DNA of 64,000 bases from an uncultured Helcococcus sp. (GTDB lineage Bacteria > Bacillota > Clostridia > Tissierellales > Peptoniphilaceae), in contig CALAZW010000067.1 of assembly GCA_937926545.1 (NCBI GenBank), positions 1,062 to 65,061 of the forward strand. Reading direction: 5' to 3'. Positions 53,808 to 64,000 of the stretch are shown here, piece after piece (position 1 is the first letter of the stretch; every line of letters starts with the position of its first letter). Position numbers and translations under genes: made by a program. The notes under the pieces were generated by a model, which was given only the letters and a program-made list of their open reading frames with translations, had not been told where the DNA came from and made no database searches.

Positions 53808-54347
53808 TCACCTCGTTTCAGTTTTAAGTGAGCGTCTAAGACCATCTAATTTAGCCCTTACGCTGTCATCAATAACTTGACCGTCAATGGCTATAGATAA
53901 TCCTGCGATCAATTTTTTATCTATTTCATTTTTAAGCTCAACTTGTTTATTGTATTTTTTACTTAAACTTTCTTCTAATTTTTTTAATTCTTCTTGACTC
54001 AATAATTCTGTAGTGTATACTATACCGGTTAATATTTGTTTTTCACTGTTGTATCTTTCAACATAGGCATTTTTAATTTCCCTAAAAACATTGATCCTAT
54101 TTTTATCTATTAAAACCTTAAGCAGGTTTCTAGAATCCTTGTCCAGGTCAACAAATATTTGATCTATAACTTTTTTCTTGTCGTCCTTGGTAACATTGGG
54201 ATTTTCCAGTAACACTAGTAGGTCCTTATGGTCAGCAAAAATCTTTTCCACATGGTCCAAGTCTTTTTTGAAAATATCTAACTTGTTTTTTTCAACAGCT
54301 AACTCGAAGAAGGCTTCTCCGTAAACTGCCCCAGCAAGATTATTCAT
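53808..54347 (-). CDS. atpH: F1 ATP synthase delta (OSCP) subunit
   Basis: 179 aa; called from its position and OSCP-like pattern. Confidence 0.85.
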   Translation of the reverse strand: MNNLAGAVYGEAFFELAVEKNKLDIFKKDLDHVEKIFADHKDLLVLLENPNVTKDDKKKVIDQIFVDLDKDSRNLLKVLIDKNRINVFREIKNAYVERYNSEKQILTGIVYTTELLSQEELKKLEESLSKKYNKQVELKNEIDKKLIAGLSIAIDGQVIDDSVRAKLDGLRRSLKTETR

Positions 54348-54849
54348 TTCCTGCCTCCATCTTTTCGATAAAGGAGGCTACCATTTTTTCATTGGCCTTC
54401 TTATCAACTTTTTCATCTAAGACTTTTTCTGCTGCTAAAAGAGCTATATCAACTATTTCGTCATTCATATTCTTCATAAGGTTTTGTTTTTCCCTGCTAA
54501 GTTCTTCCATGTTCTTGTCATAAACTCTCTTGGCTTCTTCCTTGGATTCCATAAGAGCCTTGGCCTTCAGGTCTTCACCTGATTTTCTAGCATTGGCGAC
54601 AATTTCACTGGCCTCAGTCCTAGCTTCTAAAAGCTTTTCTTCATAGGAAGCCTTTAAAAGGGCAGATTCTTCCTTAGCCTTTTCACTATCTGAGATATTG
54701 CCTTCTATATAGGCTCTTCTCTTGTCCAAGTTTTCATGGACAGGCTTAAATAAGAATTTCCTTAACATAAAAAATAAAACTAGGGTTGCAAGAATTTGAA
54801 TACCAAAATTAAGAAAGTCGGGCTTTATTAGAATTTTAAAATCTCCCAT
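54340..54849 (-). CDS. atpF: Fo ATP synthase b subunit
   Basis: Single N-terminal TM helix followed by a long charged helix. Confidence 0.88.
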   Translation of the reverse strand: MGDFKILIKPDFLNFGIQILATLVLFFMLRKFLFKPVHENLDKRRAYIEGNISDSEKAKEESALLKASYEEKLLEARTEASEIVANARKSGEDLKAKALMESKEEAKRVYDKNMEELSREKQNLMKNMNDEIVDIALLAAEKVLDEKVDKKANEKMVASFIEKMEAGNE

Positions 54850-54874
54850 TTTCTTCCCTCCTTTTTAATTAGTA

Positions 54875-55854
<980 letters not shown>

Positions 55855-55885
55855 CTAAAACTCCTTTCTCTATAACTTAAAGGAA

Positions 55886-56272
55886 CTACTTATTATTGTG
55901 CCTTTCTCCTATTAGGTCCCAGAAATTTTGCAAATAGATAGCAAACTTTATGGATAAGAGCCCTAGAACTGTCATGGTTAAGTCCAGATAGTCGGCCTTG
56001 ATGGCCAGGGTCATTATAATCCCATAGATTATGTATCTAAAAAAGTAATTCATCCTCATATACCTTTTGGCCTCTTTTTCTGGTTTTCCCAACATATTGA
56101 CGATATTGAGATACATAACCCTAAAAAACAGGCTGCTGACCATGGTGCCCAAAAGGCTACCAAGTATCTTAGGAAGAGGATTTTTGGTAAAAATTACCAC
56201 CAGTAAAATCTCTAAAAACATTAGTAAAAAAGCATTTCTAATATAATAATAAGTATAATGCTTATTTTTCAT
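55886..56272 (-). CDS. atpI: ATP synthase protein I (AtpI-like)
   Basis: 128-aa protein with four TM helices upstream of atpB. I chose the start MKNKHY. Confidence 0.65.
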   Translation of the reverse strand: MKNKHYTYYYIRNAFLLMFLEILLVVIFTKNPLPKILGSLLGTMVSSLFFRVMYLNIVNMLGKPEKEAKRYMRMNYFFRYIIYGIIMTLAIKADYLDLTMTVLGLLSIKFAIYLQNFWDLIGERHNNK

Positions 56273-56504
56273 CTTTACTACCACCATTTTCCTTTTCTTC
56301 CTTGTCAAAGTTAAGTTTGGCAATGATCTTATAAGCATTTAAAAAACCACTTATTACCCCCATGACAATAAATATAGTTAAAAAAATCGCAGATGTCTTA
56401 AGCCACTTGTCCAGCTTAGTTCCAATATAAACTCCCAATAAAATGGGTGTGATAATCGTAAAGCCTATTTGGCTAACCAGTGCAAGATTTTTTAACGCCT
56501 TCAT
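56262..56504 (-). CDS. AtpZ/AtpR-like small membrane protein
   Basis: 80 aa with two TM helices. It is the first gene of the atp operon. TTGATA-17 nt-TAAAAT lies upstream. Confidence 0.6.
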   Translation of the reverse strand: MKALKNLALVSQIGFTIITPILLGVYIGTKLDKWLKTSAIFLTIFIVMGVISGFLNAYKIIAKLNFDKEEKENGGSKDEK

Positions 56505-56665
56505 ATTTATCCCCTTTTCTATAATAGTGGTTCAAGTTATATTTTATCTAAAAGAAATACAAATATCAATAAATTCCAGTCATTTTCCATATTTCTTTTT
56601 GATAATATTATAAAACACAAATGTTTCATCTAATTAGTATATAGGCTAAATGTGTTTAAATCTTG

Positions 56666-56691
56666 TAAAAGAAGACCTAGGTCTTCTTTTA
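56666..56691 (-). terminator. Intrinsic terminator after fhs
   Basis: Palindrome AAGAAGACC-TA-GGTCTTCTT with flanking A and T runs. Confidence 0.75.
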
Positions 56692-56693
56692 CT

Positions 56694-58355
56694 CTAAAAT
56701 AATCCTTCTATTTTTCCATCCTTATCAATCTTCATTCTCTCAGCCTGGGCCACCTTAGGTAGGCCTGGCATGGTCATAATGTCTCCGGTCAAGGCCACTA
56801 TAAACTTGGATCCTGAATTGATTTTTAAGTCCTTTATACTCAGCTTAAAGTCCTTGGGAGCCTTCAGTAGTTTAGGATTGTCAGAAAAAGAATATTGGGT
56901 TTTAGCCATACATACTGGGAAGTTATCAAAACCTAGTTCCTCTATCATCCTTAGCTTTCTTCTAGCCTTGGTTGAAAAGTCCACCTGGCCTGCCCCGTAA
57001 ATTTCCTTGGCCACAATATTTATTTTTTCTTCTATGGTCTTGTCATCGCCATAAAGAAGCTTTAGGTCAGCATCTCTTTCACACAGGTCCACAACTTTTT
57101 CAGCCAGTTCCAGGGCACCTTCTCCACCCTTGGCCCAAACCTCAGTTAGGACACAGTCTATATTTTCCTTTTCAACCAGGCTTTTTAGCAGGTCTATTTC
57201 TTCCTGGCTATCACTTGGAAACTTATTTATGGCAACCACTAGGGGCACCTGATATTTCTTCATGTTTTCAATATGCTTTTGTAAATTGGCATAACCATCT
57301 TCCAAGGCCTCTAGGTTTTTCTCAGTCAAGTCCTTCTTGTCCACCCCACCATGGCTTTTTAGGGCCCTAATAGTGGCTACTATAACTGTAGCATTAGGTT
57401 CTAGGTCATTTAAGCGACACTTAATATCAAAGAATTTTTCAGCTCCTAGATCCGCTCCAAATCCTGCCTCTGTTACCACATAGTCGGCTATTTTAAGGCC
57501 CAGTTCTGTGGCATTTATAGAGTTACAACCATGGGCTATATTGGCAAAGGGTCCCCCGTGAATAACAGCCAGGGTATTTTCCGTAGTCTGTACCAGGTTG
57601 GGTTTGATGGCATCCTTAAGTAGAATGGTTGCCGCCTCTTCTGCCTTAATATCTCTAACAAAAACAGGCTTTCTATCAAAGTCATAACCCAGGAGAATAT
57701 CTCCTATATTTTCCTTTAGTTCTTCCAAGTCCCTGCTCAGGCAAAGGATGGCCATGATTTCAGATGCTACTGTTATATCAAAACCGTCTTCCCTAGGCAT
57801 GCCATTAGGTCTGCCGCCCAGGCCTATTACTATATTTCTAAGAGCCCTATCATTTAGGTCCAAGGCCCTTTTCCAAAGTATATTTCTAGGGTCTATGCCC
57901 CTTTCATTTCCCTGTTGTATATGATTGTCAATCATAGCCGCTATAAGGTTATTTGCATATGTAATAGCGTGCATATCACCTGTAAAGTGCAGGTTTATAT
58001 CCTCCATGGGAAGTACCTGTGAATAGCCTCCTCCAGCTGCTCCACCCTTCATACCAAAGCTCGGTCCTAGAGAGGGTTCTCTCAAGGCTGATACTGCCTT
58101 TTTCCCCAGCCTATTCAAGCCCTGGGACAGGCCTATATTTACTGTCGTTTTTCCCTCACCTGCCGGTGTTGGACTTATGGCAGTAACAAGGATTAATTTC
58201 CCATCCGCCTTAACATCCCTATAGTAATCCAAGTCCACCTTGGCCTTGTAATTACCATACATTTCCAAACTCTCTTCAACCACCCTGTAGTCTTTAGCTA
58301 CATCCTTAATGTTTTTTAGTTCAATTGACTGTGCAATTTCAATATCCGTAAGCAT
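56694..58355 (-). CDS. fhs: Formate--tetrahydrofolate ligase
   Basis: The protein reads MLTDIEIAQ...[10 protein letters not shown]. 553 aa. Confidence 0.96.
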   Translation of the reverse strand: MLTDIEIAQSIELKNIKDVAKDYRVVEESLEMYGNYKAKVDLDYYRDVKADGKLILVTAISPTPAGEGKTTVNIGLSQGLNRLGKKAVSALREPSLGPSFGMKGGAAGGGYSQVLPMEDINLHFTGDMHAITYANNLIAAMIDNHIQQGNERGIDPRNILWKRALDLNDRALRNIVIGLGGRPNGMPREDGFDITVASEIMAILCLSRDLEELKENIGDILLGYDFDRKPVFVRDIKAEEAATILLKDAIKPNLVQTTENTLAVIHGGPFANIAHGCNSINATELGLKIADYVVTEAGFGADLGAEKFFDIKCRLNDLEPNATVIVATIRALKSHGGVDKKDLTEKNLEALEDGYANLQKHIENMKKYQVPLVVAINKFPSDSQEEIDLLKSLVEKENIDCVLTEVWAKGGEGALELAEKVVDLCERDADLKLLYGDDKTIEEKINIVAKEIYGAGQVDFSTKARRKLRMIEELGFDNFPVCMAKTQYSFSDNPKLLKAPKDFKLSIKDLKINSGSKFIVALTGDIMTMPGLPKVAQAERMKIDKDGKIEGLF

Positions 58356-58402
58356 TTGGCCTCCTCTTATTTAAAAAAGAGAAACCTTAATAAAGGTTCC
58401 TC

Positions 58403-58768
58403 TTAGTTTTTCTTTTGAAAATGTTCTTTAATTTTATCAAAACTTTCTTGACTAATCCTATGTTCAATTTCACAAGAATCCTCATAGGCCGTTTCCTCAT
58501 CCACCCCTAAACTCATAAGGATCTTGGCTATAACCTGATGCCTCTCATAGATTTCTTCGGCGATTCTTAGGCCGTCCTCTGTTAAATCTATATTATTATC
58601 TTCTATGGTTATAAGGCCCTTTTCGCTTAGGTTTTTCATGGCATAGCTAACACTAGGCTTTGAAAAGTCTAGTTTTCTAGCTATATCCACAGCCTTGACT
58701 TGGTCCTTTTTTAATTTTATCATCAAAATAGCTTCTAAGTAGTTCTCTTCTGATTCTGTTGCTCTCAT
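58403..58768 (-). CDS. DtxR/MntR-family metal-dependent transcriptional repressor (short form)
   Basis: The protein reads ESEENYLEAI...VDIARKLDFSKPSVSYAMKNL, a winged HTH plus dimerisation helix. Confidence 0.8.
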   Translation of the reverse strand: MRATESEENYLEAILMIKLKKDQVKAVDIARKLDFSKPSVSYAMKNLSEKGLITIEDNNIDLTEDGLRIAEEIYERHQVIAKILMSLGVDEETAYEDSCEIEHRISQESFDKIKEHFQKKN

Positions 58769-58841
58769 TTTCCACCTCTTATATAAGTTAGTTCATGTTA
58801 ACTACATATATAATAGCAAATTATCTAAGGATTAATCAAGT

Positions 58842-61800
58842 CTATAATCTTTTTAGGCTTATTTTTACCTTTTTATCATTTAATTCTATTTCTTCACTAT
58901 CTAGACTTTCAACTTCCAGCCTTCTAGCCAAGGTTTCTTTCATGATCTCATCTCTAAACTTATTTAGGGCCTTTTGTAATTCTTCATCAGCCTCATAGAA
59001 GATCTCAATCTCATCTATAACATCAAAGCCACTGGACTTTCTCAGTTGTTGAACCTTGGATACAAACTCTCTCATATAGCCCTCTTCTATCAGGTCTTGG
59101 TCCAAGCTGGTATCAAGGATTACAAACACATTGGAATCCATGGTTATATCAAAGCCGTCCTTGCTGGTAATCTTAACGTCCACATATTCCCTTAGGATTT
59201 CTGTGTCTTCTCCATTCAAGTTCATCACTTGAGGAGCTTCATCCAACTTGGCTACAAAGTCCTTGGCATCCACTTGTCCTAATTGTTTACCAAAGTCCTT
59301 AATCTTAGGTCCCAAGATTCTTCCCACCACCCTAAAGTCAGGTTTCAAGTTAAAGTCCATATACTTGGATAGGTCATCTACAAACTTAACATCCTTGATA
59401 TTTAACTCTTCCTTGATTAAAGGAACCAAGTTTCCTATGGTTTCTTCGTAGGAACCTTCCAAAAGGATTTCTTTTAGTGGTTGTCTTACCTTGATCTTGG
59501 CTTCTTCTCTTGACGCCCTACCCAAGGTAACGATTTTTCTAACCAAGTCCATTTTCTCTTCCAACTTAAGGTCGATTAAATCTTCATTTAACTTAGGAAG
59601 CATTTCCAAGTGAACTGATTCCTTACCTGTAAGATTGTTAAAGATTTCTTCTGATATAAATGGAGTTATAGGAGCCATCATCTTGGTCACTCCCAATAAA
59701 ACTTCATAGCTGGTATTGTAAACAGCCTTCTTGTCATCAGTGATTTCTTGATTCCAAAATCTTCTTCTATTTCTTCTAATATACCAGTTGGAGAAGTCTT
59801 CTATAACAAAGTCAGAGATAGCTCTAGCCACCTTGGTATATTCAAATTTTTCCATTTCTTCATCATATAGTTTAACCAAGGAATTATACTTGGATAAAAG
59901 CCATCTGTCTATTTCAGGCCTATCCTTATAGTCTATAAAGAAGTCCCTTGGATCCAAGTCATCTGTATTGGCATATAGAACAAAGAAGTTATAAATATTT
60001 TTATAGGATCTAAATAATTTAGATTCCACTTCTTGTAGGCCCTTAAGGTCAAACTTGGTTGGTAGCCATGGTGGAGAAACAAAGATTGAATAGAATCTTA
60101 CCACGTCAGCTCCGTATTCATCAAAGACAGTTATAGGGTCTATGGTATTTCCCTTGGACTTGGACATTTTTTGTCCATCCTTGTCTAAGATCAAGTCATT
60201 TACTAAAACATTCTTATAAGGGGCCTTGCCTGTATACATGGTTGAAATGGCCATAAGAGTGTAGAACCAACCTCTGGTTTGGTCTATACCTTCACTTATA
60301 AAGTCTGCTGGAAATAAGTTTTCAAACTTTTCCTTGTTTTCAAATGGATAGTGATGTTGGGCAAAGGGCATGGCACCTGAGTCAAACCAAACGTCTACCA
60401 CATCTTTTTCCCTGGTCATATTGCCACCACAGTGGTCACAGGTCAAGTGAACATCATCTACAAAGGGTCTGTGTAGTTCTATGTTTTCATCTATATCTTC
60501 CTTGGCCCTTTCAACTAGTTCCTTTCTGGAACCAACTGAACTGGTATGGCCACAGTCATCACACTTCCATATATTTAAAGGGGTTCCCCAGTATCTGGAT
60601 CTGGATATGGCCCAGTCATTTAGGTTTTCCAACCAGTTGCCAAATCTCTTTTCCCCTACAAAGTCTGGATGCCACTTAACTTGATTATTATTTTCAATCA
60701 TTTGGTCCTTGTACTTGGTAACTTCTATATACCAGGATGGTTTTGAATAATAAATAAGAGGCGTTCCACATCTCCAACAGTGAGGATAGTTGTGTTCCAT
60801 TCTTTGTTTCTTATATAATTTATTGTTTTCTCTTAAGTAAACTATTATGTCTGGATCTGCATCCATAACATTTCTACCTTCCCAAGGAGTGGTAATAAAT
60901 TTACCCTCATCACTTACCGGGTTAATTAAAGGTAGGTCATATCTTCTACCTGTTTGGTAGTCGTCCTCCCCAAAGGATGGAGCCGTATGAACTATACCAG
61001 TACCATCTGAGGTAGTTACATAGTCTGCACAGCTTATAAAGAAGGCCTTCTTGTCTGGCTCAATAAATGGAAGTAATTGTTCATACTCCATATATTCCAT
61101 GTCTTGCCCTTTTAAATGGTCAAGGATTTCATATTCGCCTTCTCCTAGAACCTTGTCTGCCAGGTCCTTGGCTATATAATAAACTTCATCATTTTGTTTT
61201 ACTCTTAGGTAGTCCACATCCTTGTTTACAGTTAAGGACACGTTTGATGGAAGGGTCCATGGAGTTGTAGTCCAAGCTAGGAAGTACTCATCATGGTCCT
61301 TTCTCTTGAACTTAACAGTGGCTGTTTCTGACTTGATATTTTTATAGCCTTGGGCTACCTCATGGGAGGCAAGTCCTGTACCACATCTTGGGCAGTAAGG
61401 TAATATTTTAGCTCCTTCGTAAACAAGTCCTTTTTTATTAAAGTCGTCTAAAAGGTGCCAAACAGTTTCTATATAGTCATTGTCTAAGGTGATATAAGGA
61501 TCATCCATGTCTGCCAAAAAGGCCATCCTTTCACTCATTTCCTTCCAAAGACCACTGTATTTAAATACAGATTCCTTACAAACCTTGTTAAATTCAGCTA
61601 CCCCGTATTCTTCAATTTCTTTTTTGCTGGATAGGCCTAATTTCTTTTCAGCCTCTATTTCCACAGGTAGGCCGTGGGTGTCCCAGCCGGCCTTTCTCTC
61701 CACGTGAAAGCCTCTCATGGTCTTATATCTTACTGTCATGTCCTTTAGGGTTCTGGATATAACGTGGTGAATTCCAGGTTTCCCATTGGCTGTTGGCGGT

Positions 61801-61937
61801 CCATCATAAAATACAAAACTTGGACCATCCTTCCTATCTTCTACTGATCTGGTTAGTAGATCTAACTCCTTCCAGTATTCTGAAGTTTTTATTTCTCTGG
61901 TTTTTACATTGTCTTTTGATAATTCTTTAAACTTCAT
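58842..61937 (-). CDS. ileS: Isoleucine--tRNA ligase, type 2 (about 1031 aa form)
   Basis: FYDGPPTANGKPGIHHV (HIGH region), KMSKSKGN and an editing domain. I trimmed the start to MKFKELS, which follows GGAGG. The longer track ORF reads through the T-box terminator. Confidence 0.95.
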   Translation of the reverse strand: MKFKELSKDNVKTREIKTSEYWKELDLLTRSVEDRKDGPSFVFYDGPPTANGKPGIHHVISRTLKDMTVRYKTMRGFHVERKAGWDTHGLPVEIEAEKKLGLSSKKEIEEYGVAEFNKVCKESVFKYSGLWKEMSERMAFLADMDDPYITLDNDYIETVWHLLDDFNKKGLVYEGAKILPYCPRCGTGLASHEVAQGYKNIKSETATVKFKRKDHDEYFLAWTTTPWTLPSNVSLTVNKDVDYLRVKQNDEVYYIAKDLADKVLGEGEYEILDHLKGQDMEYMEYEQLLPFIEPDKKAFFISCADYVTTSDGTGIVHTAPSFGEDDYQTGRRYDLPLINPVSDEGKFITTPWEGRNVMDADPDIIVYLRENNKLYKKQRMEHNYPHCWRCGTPLIYYSKPSWYIEVTKYKDQMIENNNQVKWHPDFVGEKRFGNWLENLNDWAISRSRYWGTPLNIWKCDDCGHTSSVGSRKELVERAKEDIDENIELHRPFVDDVHLTCDHCGGNMTREKDVVDVWFDSGAMPFAQHHYPFENKEKFENLFPADFISEGIDQTRGWFYTLMAISTMYTGKAPYKNVLVNDLILDKDGQKMSKSKGNTIDPITVFDEYGADVVRFYSIFVSPPWLPTKFDLKGLQEVESKLFRSYKNIYNFFVLYANTDDLDPRDFFIDYKDRPEIDRWLLSKYNSLVKLYDEEMEKFEYTKVARAISDFVIEDFSNWYIRRNRRRFWNQEITDDKKAVYNTSYEVLLGVTKMMAPITPFISEEIFNNLTGKESVHLEMLPKLNEDLIDLKLEEKMDLVRKIVTLGRASREEAKIKVRQPLKEILLEGSYEETIGNLVPLIKEELNIKDVKFVDDLSKYMDFNLKPDFRVVGRILGPKIKDFGKQLGQVDAKDFVAKLDEAPQVMNLNGEDTEILREYVDVKITSKDGFDITMDSNVFVILDTSLDQDLIEEGYMREFVSKVQQLRKSSGFDVIDEIEIFYEADEELQKALNKFRDEIMKETLARRLEVESLDSEEIELNDKKVKISLKRL

Positions 61938-61949
61938 AAATCCTCCTAT

Positions 61950-62165
61950 TAAAAAAGTCCCTGTTAAAAAACAGGGACGAAAATTTTCCGCGGTACCACC
62001 CAAATAGCATTGTCATGCCACTCATCAGCTTAACGCGCCTAACGGATTTTCCTACTTACTTTCGAAAAATCATCTCCCAAGTGATCTTCACTAGATGTCC
62101 ACAAGTCCTTTTCACCAACCAGAACCTCTCTTATGCTTTCCCCTAGCTACTGTCTTAGTCATAGA
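61950..62165 (-). promoter_or_regulatory. T-box leader (tRNA-Ile sensing) controlling ileS
   Basis: The minus strand shows an AGAGAGG GA-motif region, the specifier context GAAG-AUC-A (AUC at 62083-62085), the T-box sequence UUUGGGUGGUACCGCGG (61988-62004) and the terminator GUCCCUGU-U6A-ACAGGGAC-U6 (61951-61978). TTGACA lies at 62200-62205. Confidence 0.9.
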
Positions 62166-62206
62166 TTAATATAATAAATATATCTAATATATATGTAAAT
62201 GTCAAT

Positions 62207-63499
62207 CTAAAGACCCAATTCTTCCTGTCTTTTTCTAAGCCTTACCAAACTCTCCCCTTCATCCAGCTGGACCATGTCATAGCTTATGGCCTGGTCTTTT
62301 TTCACATCCTCCAAAAGATAGGTGTTTTCTGTGATTAGGGCTATGGGTAAATAGTTCTTGGCCCTTTGTCTTTCATGGCTGGTTATAAGTCCATATACAT
62401 CCCTAGATCCTATCCCTCCCAAGCTATCTCCCTTTTTCAGGTCTCTTTTAGCATAGGTAATAGTATCCGCCACCTGGCCCTTGATAGGTGCCAAGGACGC
62501 CTCATTTTCCACTATGGCCTCAAAGATGGTTATGGGGGTTTCCAGGCTGGTCAAGTGGTAGGGCCTATAGATTAAATAATTGGGTCCCTCTCCCATGGAT
62601 AGGTAGTCCATCAGGTCCACCACCTCTTCTTGGTCGCTGGTCACTATGGCAAAAACTCCTGGAGCCATGCCAAAGGCAAAGTCAACTATCCCATAGCTCG
62701 ATAAAACCCCTCCCTGGGATTTTAAGCTAAAGTCCTGGGCCGCCCTTTTAGGGTCTGTGCTTATGCCGTGGCAGCCTTCAACATCTGGTAGAAAACCCAG
62801 GGCATTGGCTACGGTGGTAAGTTCTATCATGGTGTTGGTTCCATCCACAAAGGAGGTTAGCATCCTGGGGTTCAAGCCCTTTTTCTTGGCCTGGTCAGCC
62901 AGGCTATCCTCATTGGCATACCTGTCCAATTTATTGTTTTTCCCCTTGCCAACTGCCAGAAGGTCAAAGCCTAAGGAATAGGCAAAGTCAGCCAACTCCA
63001 TAATGGCCCCTGGTTCATCTCCCTTGGTCCCTGTATAGACCACCTGGTTTTCCTGGGCCTTCTTATAAAGGATGGGACCTATTACACAGTCACATTCCAC
63101 ATTTAGCATGATGACATGTTTCTTATGGTCCATGGCCTCATAGGCCAGATCAGCCCCATAGGCCGGATCTCCTGTAGCATCTACTATGGCCTGGATAGGC
63201 TCCAGCCTATAGCCCAGATCCTTTCTATCACTGATCACAAAAAGCCCCTGGTCCAAGGCCCTTCTAGCCTCTTCCAAACTTCTGGTTTCAACTATATCCT
63301 CTGGCCTAACTCCAGCCTTTAACAGGGCCCTTCTAGCCTTGGCTGTGGTCCTGTTAATTACTACAGATGGCCTGATTCCATCAATTCTAGACAGTTGGTT
63401 TATTAGGCCATTTCCCATCTTTCCTGCCCCATATATGGATATTTCTAGCCTTTGATCTGTCCTTGTCAACTCCTTAAGCCTTCTATTTATCTTAAACAT
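62207..63499 (-). CDS. NAD(P)-binding oxidoreductase with C-terminal SAF domain (homoserine-dehydrogenase-like, COG4091-type)
   Basis: Rossmann motif YGAGKMGNG plus a C-terminal SAF-like segment (RDLKKGDSLGGIG). The TAATG junction shows start-stop overlap with the upstream gene. Confidence 0.6.
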   Translation of the reverse strand: MFKINRRLKELTRTDQRLEISIYGAGKMGNGLINQLSRIDGIRPSVVINRTTAKARRALLKAGVRPEDIVETRSLEEARRALDQGLFVISDRKDLGYRLEPIQAIVDATGDPAYGADLAYEAMDHKKHVIMLNVECDCVIGPILYKKAQENQVVYTGTKGDEPGAIMELADFAYSLGFDLLAVGKGKNNKLDRYANEDSLADQAKKKGLNPRMLTSFVDGTNTMIELTTVANALGFLPDVEGCHGISTDPKRAAQDFSLKSQGGVLSSYGIVDFAFGMAPGVFAIVTSDQEEVVDLMDYLSMGEGPNYLIYRPYHLTSLETPITIFEAIVENEASLAPIKGQVADTITYAKRDLKKGDSLGGIGSRDVYGLITSHERQRAKNYLPIALITENTYLLEDVKKDQAISYDMVQLDEGESLVRLRKRQEELGL

Positions 63500-64000
63500 T
63501 ACTCCTCCCCGGTTATGGACCTATAGACCCTATGGGCTGATGACCAGGCCCATTGTAGGTTATAGCCTCCACTATCTCCTTGAACGTCTAATACTTCTCC
63601 TGTAAAGTAAAGGTTTTTCACCTTTTTAGATTCTAGTTTTTCTGTTAGCTGGTCTAAATCCAGGCCTCCACAGGTTATCTGGCCATCGTCCTTAGACTTG
63701 GGTCCTAGGGGCCTAAAGGTAAAGGCCTTGGCTACCTTTGCCAAAGACTTGATTTCTTCCTCCCTAAGGCTTTTAGCCTTAATAAAAGGATTAACACCTG
63801 CCCTTTGGGCCAACTCTATGGCAATTTTATCTTGGACCATTCCCTCCATGGCCTCCAAAAGGCTTAGCTGGCTGTTAATTTTTCTCCTTAGGATATCCTC
63901 CAAATCTTTTTGGTCCACTTGGGGAAAAAGATCCAAACTCAAGACCACATCCTGGTCTTTTAGCCTATATAAAACCTCATTGGAAAGCTGAAGGATAGAA
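63499..64000 (-). CDS. HI0933/BaiN-like FAD-dependent oxidoreductase, C-terminal part; the 5' end lies beyond the window
   Basis: The frame stays open to the window edge (my translation: SILQLSNEVLYRLKDQDVVLSLDL...). The C-terminus reads CGGLDLDQL...YFTGEVLDVQGDSGGYNLQWAWSS, which is typical of this family. Confidence 0.7.
   Translation of the reverse strand, partial: SILQLSNEVLYRLKDQDVVLSLDLFPQVDQKDLEDILRRKINSQLSLLEAMEGMVQDKIAIELAQRAGVNPFIKAKSLREEEIKSLAKVAKAFTFRPLGPKSKDDGQITCGGLDLDQLTEKLESKKVKNLYFTGEVLDVQGDSGGYNLQWAWSSAHRVYRSITGEE

Noticed and set aside
58769-58841. The imperfect palindrome GTAGTTAACATGAACTAAC upstream of the DtxR/MntR-like gene, as a possible auto-operator.
   Set aside because: The arms do not pair symmetrically; only the embedded GTTAAC is palindromic. 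I cannot match it to a known MntR or DtxR box from memory.
61938-62003. The N-terminal extension of the ileS track ORF (MGGTAENFRPCFLTGTFLIGGF...). Similar extended starts occur for atpA, groES, ybeY, atpI, glyQ and nuoE.
   Set aside because: The ileS extension is translated from the T-box terminator/antiterminator RNA. In each case an internal ATG with a good GGAGG-type RBS gives the conserved N-terminus.
62083-62088. An alternative reading of the T-box specifier as GAU (Asp), immediately following GAA.
   Set aside because: The conserved purine after the specifier codon fits AUC-A, not GAU-C. The regulated gene is ileS, so AUC (Ile) is the consistent assignment.
62207-64000. The GC-richer patch as evidence for a horizontally acquired island.
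   Set aside because: There is no integrase, tRNA, direct repeat or IS nearby. My hand-sampled lines in ald (14781-15899) and parts of galK reach similar G+C (about 50-58%). Local composition therefore varies gene by gene. I kept it only as a side note to the gene-pair finding, pending a real sliding-window calculation.

Overview
This window is a low-GC Firmicutes chromosomal core segment, Clostridia/Tissierellia-like and apparently non-sporulating. It holds about 70 intact genes, mostly on the minus strand. From about 17.7 to 49.2 kb the gene order matches, as I recall it, the Bacillus subtilis yqe/yqf region: holA, rpsT, lepA, hemW, hrcA-grpE-dnaK-dnaJ, prmA, rsmE, mtaB, rpsU, nfeD-floA, phoH, ybeY, dgkA, era, recO, glyQS, yqfL, dnaG, sigA, trmK, yqfO.

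Other content:
- a partial NuoE/NuoF-like flavoprotein module
- a response regulator gene followed by pepF
- groESL
- ogg followed by sortase B
- a plus-strand mglBAC, mutarotase, galT, galK operon
- ald, dut and RNase P RNA
- a complete F1Fo ATP synthase operon with atpZ and atpI
- fhs, a DtxR/MntR-like repressor, and a T-box-controlled type-2 ileS
- a translationally coupled flavoprotein / SAF-domain oxidoreductase pair

Non-coding elements I can support are two CIRCE operators with consensus promoters, one Ile T-box leader, rnpB and several intrinsic terminators.

I see no rRNA, tRNA, CRISPR array, IS element, transposase, integrase, phage genes or recognisable defence or toxin-antitoxin genes. 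I cannot point to a convincing novel multi-gene system.

The best leads are single-gene oddities:
- a 434-aa orphan protein that looks like a dead SixA fold fused to a CHAD-like domain
- a roughly 313-aa insertion in the primary sigma factor
- a metallophosphoesterase homologue with its catalytic motifs mutated
- an atypical orphan OmpR-type regulator coupled to pepF
- a DgkA-PAP2 fusion
- a Na+-type ATP synthase c subunit
- an unlisted 44-codon ORF after floA

All homology statements are by-eye motif recognition, not database searches.
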